This document shows positions 57,362 to 64,000 of a stretch of 64,000 bases of DNA, one piece after another (the first letter of the stretch is position 1; each line of letters opens with the position of its first letter). Below the pieces are notes generated by a model. That model was not told the origin of the DNA. It made no database searches and saw only the letters and a program-made list of their open reading frames with translations. The position numbers were made by a program, and so were the translations under genes. The DNA is from Diadema antillarum (Eukaryota), in contig NW_027271251.1 of the NCBI RefSeq assembly GCF_040938485.1, positions 1,426,001-1,490,000 of the forward strand, written 5' to 3'.

Positions 57362-59995
57362 AATTGATTAGTAATTTTACGCAAGCTGAGGTGCAGGTAC
57401 TCATTACTGTACAAGTGAAAATATTCGCTAACTCCAGCATAAGGCTAGTGTGTAGCCTATGTGGTATGCATTTTGCAAGCTCTTTTTATAATTTATCAAA
57501 ACAACTTCTAATTTACACAGTGCTCCTTATGCAACAGATCATGTGATATCTGGATTAATTTTGATTTCTTTCACATGAAACACTAAACAGGTGATTAGTC
57601 CTTTGAATCAAAGTTGATTTGATGTGTTGAGGGATTTTTTTTTTTCGTTGTAATTGCACTGTTCATTGATGTTGTATGATATTCTACTTGTACACTTGTA
57701 AATGTTTTTTTTCTCTATGAAAAGTTAAAAAAAGAGTGCCTTACACAGTTGATATACCTTTACCTATTGTTTATATGTATGAATAATGAACAGGGTTAGA
57801 GCTAATTTCAGGTGCCTGAAAGTGGGCATTGAATTCAAAACTTTTTAGGAGGAAATGGGCGTGTGTGTATATTTCCAGTTTACCCAGAAAATGAGTATGT
57901 GCCAGTTGTGCATGTGCTTCTGTAAACTGTGGAAATATATATTTTGTTACTTCACCACATTTGCTAACACATGTCTCGACGATTGAGGCTCTTCCCTTTT
58001 ATATATATATATATATTTTCTTTCCACATGACAAAGAGGCATGATAAGTTCTTATCATTGGCTTTGTTGAACAAATTTAAATGCGTGAAGTAGTGGAGGA
58101 ATAGATATTTAGACACTAGCAAGAGAAGAGAATGAATTCTAATGTATGTACACTTTGCATAGATGGTCTTGATAGCTTCAACCCCCGACATAATATGAAG
58201 AGCATCTCTGCAAACTGTACTACAAGATGTTTTGAGTAGAACACATGACCGGAAATTGAAATGTTCACGATGAATTTATTTATGAATGCAAAACTTCTGT
58301 AGTTAAGGCCTCTCTCAAAAGTAGGATCAGAATCAAGTAGATAAATGTTTACTTTTACAAATTGGCATTTCATGTACCTTTAAATCAGTTTGTTACTTCT
58401 TCATGTAACTTATAGTATATGTTGTATTGATGGATTGAAAAAAAGTGTGTATAGTTGTAAACATGTGTTGTTCGTAGGGAAGGCAAACATGTGAGAATGA
58501 ACATTTAGACTAAATCTCTCCGTAAGAGGAATACTTCGATCCGGGAACGGACCATCATGCTTATTCCGGCCAAGACTTTGGTCCATTCCTAGATCTTTCA
58601 TGGCTACCCTCATGGATGCAGAATTCTGGTAATGTTTCTGAATTATAACACATTTCACTTCAATAGATGGAAACAACAAAATTGGCTATATTTTTATTGT
58701 AAATATAACTTGTGTACCACGTATGATAGATATTACATGCCCATTTATTGTATTAGAGAAACACAAAATGTTACCCTTGCTATCTTATCTTTCATCTGAC
58801 TGTATTTATAACAATTAAGGACACTTTTGAGCCTGCAGATATTTGACAAGTTATGTGCTCAACTAAATGATCATAACACAAGGTTATTTGCCCAAAACAT
58901 TTGTTCTATACTTCTTGGAGCAATAATACTTAACATTAAAACTAAGCTGAGTTCCTGTTTTTAAATCAAAATCAGAAATACAATAGCTGATAAGATTATT
59001 ATAGCTGTGCCTTAGATATACTCATGTCCCTCTCATTAAAGGGATCCACCATGAAATAACTAACAACAAAAACAAAAGCACCTACTCATTGAAACTGAAT
59101 CTGTTGATACAAAACAACTTTGCATTTCATTTCTCGAGCTTGTGCGGGCAAAGTTGTGAAAACCATAGAGGCAGTCATGAATTTTCATATAAAAATGCAT
59201 GGCAAAATGTTACATGCACATGAATCAAGATGAGAAGAGGAGAATACAATAATGAGAAGAAGAAATTGGTAATGTGCAATTGTGAAAAAGGACGTGTATG
59301 CCTCCCAATGGGGAACATGTGTGAATTTGAACCTGAGTTTTAACTGAGTTTGCACACGCCTCATTTAAGTGGGACATAAGCAGACGAGTACCTATCTTTA
59401 TTTCTCCCAGCATTGCAAGACTGCCAAAGTATCTATTGTATGTATATTTGGGGAGATCAAAAATAATATCTCAAGTGACCTAACTGTTGGCTGGTGGATC
59501 CCTACTAGACTAATTTTCTACTCTCAAACTTCTCAGATTTGTTGGGTTTATTTCTTTTGTTGCAAAAAAAGTTTTGCTGTTTCAGAAAGACTTCATGGTT
59601 CATTGGTTTTTGCATGTAGTGTGTCTTCATGTTTGTGTACATTGAACATGTAGTGAACCCTTGAGGATGTTATGCCTTTATGTTGTATCTTTGGTTTTTC
59701 CATCAATTAAAAACTGAGTTAACTGAAGAACTGAATAAACGAATTCCTGCATTTTCTTTGCAGTTGTAGGATTGTCTGTATCTCTGACGTCACCATGATG
59801 TCACCCATTTTGTAAGATTTGCAGTAGACTATAATAGCATAGGCCAAGAAACATGTGATCAGATATATGCAAATTTTTGCCTCAGTTGCTGAAATACATG
59901 TACTAATAAACACATGAAATCGGCCTTGTTGAGCTGATATTATAAACAGATAAGTAAATATGGGGCATATATACACATATAAGTATATACACACA

Positions 59996-59997
<2 letters not shown>

Positions 59998-60049
<52 letters not shown>
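59998..60049. repeat. (TA)n microsatellite just before an assembly gap
   Basis: Read directly from the sequence. Confidence 0.9.
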
Positions 60050-60051
<2 letters not shown>

Positions 60052-60068
60052 TGTGTGTATATACTTAT

Positions 60069-60220
60069 NNNNNNNNNNNNNNNNNNNNNNNNNNNNNNNN
60101 NNNNNNNNNNNNNNNNNNNNNNNNNNNNNNNNNNNNNNNNNNNNNNNNNNNNNNNNNNNNNNNNNNNNNNNNNNNNNNNNNNNNNNNNNNNNNNNNNNNN
60201 NNNNNNNNNNNNNNNNNNNN
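60069..60220. other. Assembly gap (152 N)
   Basis: Run of n. Confidence 0.99.
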
Positions 60221-60960
60221 TCAAATATAGCAGAGTCACATCAGAACCAAGGGGTGTGCTTTCATAACGAGTCCTGTTGAAGAAAAATCAGCATACATTT
60301 ATGAATGTATATGGGAAATGCAATACATGTATTCATTCAGACATGACGAAAAAAAAAACCAATATATCGGGTAAGCAAGGTTGATGAGAACATTACACAT
60401 CTATTTGGAGCTGATTATGAATATATAGTAAATATGTATTATATTTATATTGAGATTTGTGATTGGATGATTTGGTACCATTGGACAGGGAACCTTGTGA
60501 AATCATTCACAACAAATAAGAATAATGGTAAGAATATCTAGCCAATACAAAGTTTGTGAATACATTATTTTCTATAACAAATGGTTTATAAATAGCCCTT
60601 GTGCAATTGTATTTTACTTTGGCCTTCAGCCTCTGTGAATCAAAACTGCACTTGGGCTAGTTATGCATTTGTTGTGCTAGTTATGCATTTGTTGTGCATA
60701 TAATCCATTTAGAGTGCATTCAAGATATATATATGAATAGTTTGTTTGCAAAAACCGATAAGTCCATTTTTGAAGATTTTGAAGTACGATCTCTGTCAAA
60801 AAGTACAAAACAATACCTTTTAAATGATATATTGGTCACTACATATAAAAGTATATTTTTGAAATTATGGTCAAAAGAAGCATAGTTTTTCTTATTATTC
60901 TCTTTATTTTTCTTGAACTTTAATTGCAAATATCTCCATTTGGCAAATATGGACTTATCG

Positions 60961-61102
60961 NNNNNNNNNNNNNNNNNNNNNNNNNNNNNNNNNNNNNNNN
61001 NNNNNNNNNNNNNNNNNNNNNNNNNNNNNNNNNNNNNNNNNNNNNNNNNNNNNNNNNNNNNNNNNNNNNNNNNNNNNNNNNNNNNNNNNNNNNNNNNNNN
61101 NN
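60961..61102. other. Assembly gap (142 N)
   Basis: Run of n. Confidence 0.99.
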
Positions 61103-62989
61103 TGTAGTGCTTTGTGTGCATGAAACACTTCATCAACACCAGCAACATTTTTTAAAAGGAAAGAATTACATGAGCATGAAAGCACTATACAATCATTGTT
61201 AGTAATATTACCCCACAGAGCATAAATAATTATCTATATGCCGGACAATGCATATTATGCACAAATAGCAAAATCTAGAATGAAATGTTATTATTTTATT
61301 GAATGATTTCAAAATTAGGTGCTGTCTCAATTCTTTAAAGGCTAAAGTTTGGTTGGGGAAAGACAGAAATGTGCATGACATGGGTACAAGGAAGAACCAT
61401 ATACAGCATAATAAGTCAATATTTCTTCTTTTTTTGTTCAAAATCAAAATTACTGACAGTAATGTTTGTTATAGCAAAAAGTTATAACCTAATGTTACAC
61501 ATACGAGGGAGGTTGCTTGGGGTATGCATGATCTCCAACTTGTTTTGAAGTTGGCAAGTCCATTTACCACTAATCAAGAACTGGTATGCTTCACAAGCAA
61601 GACAAAATTTGCGTACACGAACTATGTCTCAAGAGGAATTTGATATTCTGTGCTATGAACCCTGTGGTGTGTATGTTTCACTGGGACTCATGTGGTCAAT
61701 ACAACAAACAGTTAAAACTGAAAGGGATTTTCTGCTCCACTTGGGATGTATGCAGGACCACACCATTCCTATTATTAATCTATACCTTTTGCTCAGTGTC
61801 AGCAATACATGGTATGCTAATACGAAATAATAGCAGCTTCCAGAATCCTTTATACAGTGGTTGGTTTTAACCTTATTATTGCATACATCTTGCATGAGTC
61901 AACTCTTCTTTTTTTTCTGCTCTTCTTCTTTCCCTCTGATACCTCAGCTGATACCATGCTGGGAAATGGTTGGCTGCATGACAAACATACGGTACATGCT
62001 GTTTATGACAAAACACAATAGATACTGTTTGTCTGGTTGAATGTGGGTGAATATAAAAAAGATGGATCATGATAAAGCACAAATAAGAACGTGGCCATGG
62101 ATAAATATGTGTGTATATTTGGCATGTTCAAGAGGAAAAAAAGTTGGGACATATTTGCAGAAACTGGCAAGGTACACAATGAATAAAACTATTCTGCAAA
62201 CTAAAATTGCAAGCAAAGGCTTGCTTGTGTGATTGTGTAAATATGTGTATGTGTGTGGGGGAGAGGGTGGGTGGATGGGTGGGTAAATCCACTGATAGAC
62301 ACCAAGACATTGCACAATGTCACTACATTTCTCCCACCAACCCGAGAAGTGTGCTGCTTTTATACACCCTATCGTGAAATGAAGGAGTCACGCTTATATT
62401 TAAAAGAATATTGAGCTGTGACATGATTTTCAAGAGTCATTACAGAAGCATGTTGAGAATCACAATTCCATGACTTAACACAGCTCTCATCATTCAACAT
62501 TGTATTATGTCACACAACAGCATCATGCGCAAAAACAAGCATTTTTACAATTTGCACAATCAAATGCTTTCTGATCAAATTTATTCAATACAAAATATGA
62601 TTCAATGAGTTGCATGAACAATCAATGGGAAATATCAAATTTGATAAATTTATGTTACATACACAACATACTTTGTACAAATGGATTTCATATTCCACTG
62701 TGCATGAATATTATGTAATAATTTGAGAACAAGATATGACACTTATAATAGAACAGGTATTCACTATCAAACAAGAATATGTAGGATTCTTTCACATGAA
62801 GTACTTTGTTGTTTATGTAAAAATTAAAACATAATAAAAATTCTTATGACCATTTTCCATGATCCAAGTCTTCTTCCTGCCTTCACATGCAACATGAAAA
62901 AAAAAAATGTGTGTCAGAGGAGGGATCAAACTAAATATTTCAATTATTGGGTTTGACGATTACAATTCGTTACTCCTATGGTTCAATGC

Positions 62990-63385
62990 AAAAATGAAAT
63001 AATATCCAGGTTTGCTATTCCAAAAATGAAATAAGGTTTGTAATTCAGAAGGTTCATTAGCAAGCACAGTTTTCACTTTTCCAGAAAAATGAACCTTCAC
63101 TCATTTTCGGATTGATTAACCTTTGGAATAACGAAGCTTATTTCATTTTCAAAATTAACTTATCTTTGGAAAAACAAACCTTACCTTATTTCAAGATTAA
63201 TGACTCTTTGGTATAACAACCCTTATTTCATTTTCAGAATAACAACCCTTTAGAATAACAAACCTTAGGAATAATGCCACAAATTATCAGATTAACAAAC
63301 CATTTTCTCATTATTGGATTAAGGAACCACTAGATATAGGGAATTTATGCATTTTGAAATAACAGACCTTCAGAATAATGACATG
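62990..63385. repeat. Degenerate element with inverted sub-repeats, possibly an old MITE-like element
   Basis: 63009-63055 (ggtttgctattccaaaaatgaaataaggtttg...) is the reverse complement of motifs repeated at 63121-63150, 63206-63274 and 63352-63382 (aataacaaacc, ccttatttcattttc). Termini and TSD are not resolved. Confidence 0.55.
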
Positions 63386-64000
63386 CCACTTAAGGAGGTG
63401 ATCAAAAGCTAAGGGACTATCATTTCCCTCAAAATAGTATTTCAGACCCCAAAATTAAGAACATTCCTTACATCCTACATATAATAAGATAGGCCTACAT
63501 ATTGATATAAACATATTGATTCATTTTCACTTTGTGTGATGGGCTTTTTGTCATATTTTACAGCTTTACTCAAATGAAAGTTTTTCTCTCTGATTTCCCT
63601 CCCAGTACCCCAGTACTTGTGACAATGGCCTATTTTTACTCCAAGGCATTTATACAAACATTTACTGTACAACCAGGAATGTTTGTGTGCATTTTGATTT
63701 GGCAAATTGTGCAAGAGCCGAGATTTGCACAAATTGAAATGCACAAAAAACTTATTAGCAAAACTGAATGCTTTGAATGTCAGTGACAATACACAAAACT
63801 TTCATGCTTTACAGCGTACTATTGGTTAAAATTATCAATGTTTTGTGTGTAAGATGAGAAACAATACTCTTTCTTATCCCTAAATGATTCAAACGATACT
63901 GACTCTCTACTCAAATAATGACACTTGTATCAACATCTTCTTAGAGCCTGTAAACAAGCAGTCAGCAGTTTTTCCTTATAATTCAAATCAAATTTGATAT

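Noticed and set aside
59940-61202. ORFs spanning X runs
   Set aside because: Artefacts of N gaps and (TA)n.

Overview
Animal genomic DNA: AT-rich introns, microsatellites and two N-gaps. It is probably from an invertebrate, which is an impression from sequence style only. The window is dominated by one + strand gene that I reconstruct from phase-compatible GT-AG junctions. Three small exons (14104-14401, 32148-32321, 35257-35348) join a giant exon of about 20.3 kb (36430-56755). The product is an AHNAK/periaxin-like repeat protein of about 6,960 aa. It starts with an N-myristoylation signal (MGNKAS) and a basic cluster, and I see no PDZ domain. It then has about 26 AHNAK-like units of ~90-100 aa, a second Gly-rich 36/44-aa array, recurring polyLys/FG/polySer modules, and a unique C-terminal region with candidate actin-binding motifs. 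The giant exon carries a single +1 frame break (CCC-TAA-C at 38800-38806) that separates the two long ORFs in the track. It may be an assembly error, a null allele or a regulated short/long switch. Intron 1 holds a PIF/Harbinger-type MITE, and CpG content drops sharply at about 32.5 kb. I can support no RNA genes, CRISPR arrays or other protein-coding genes.
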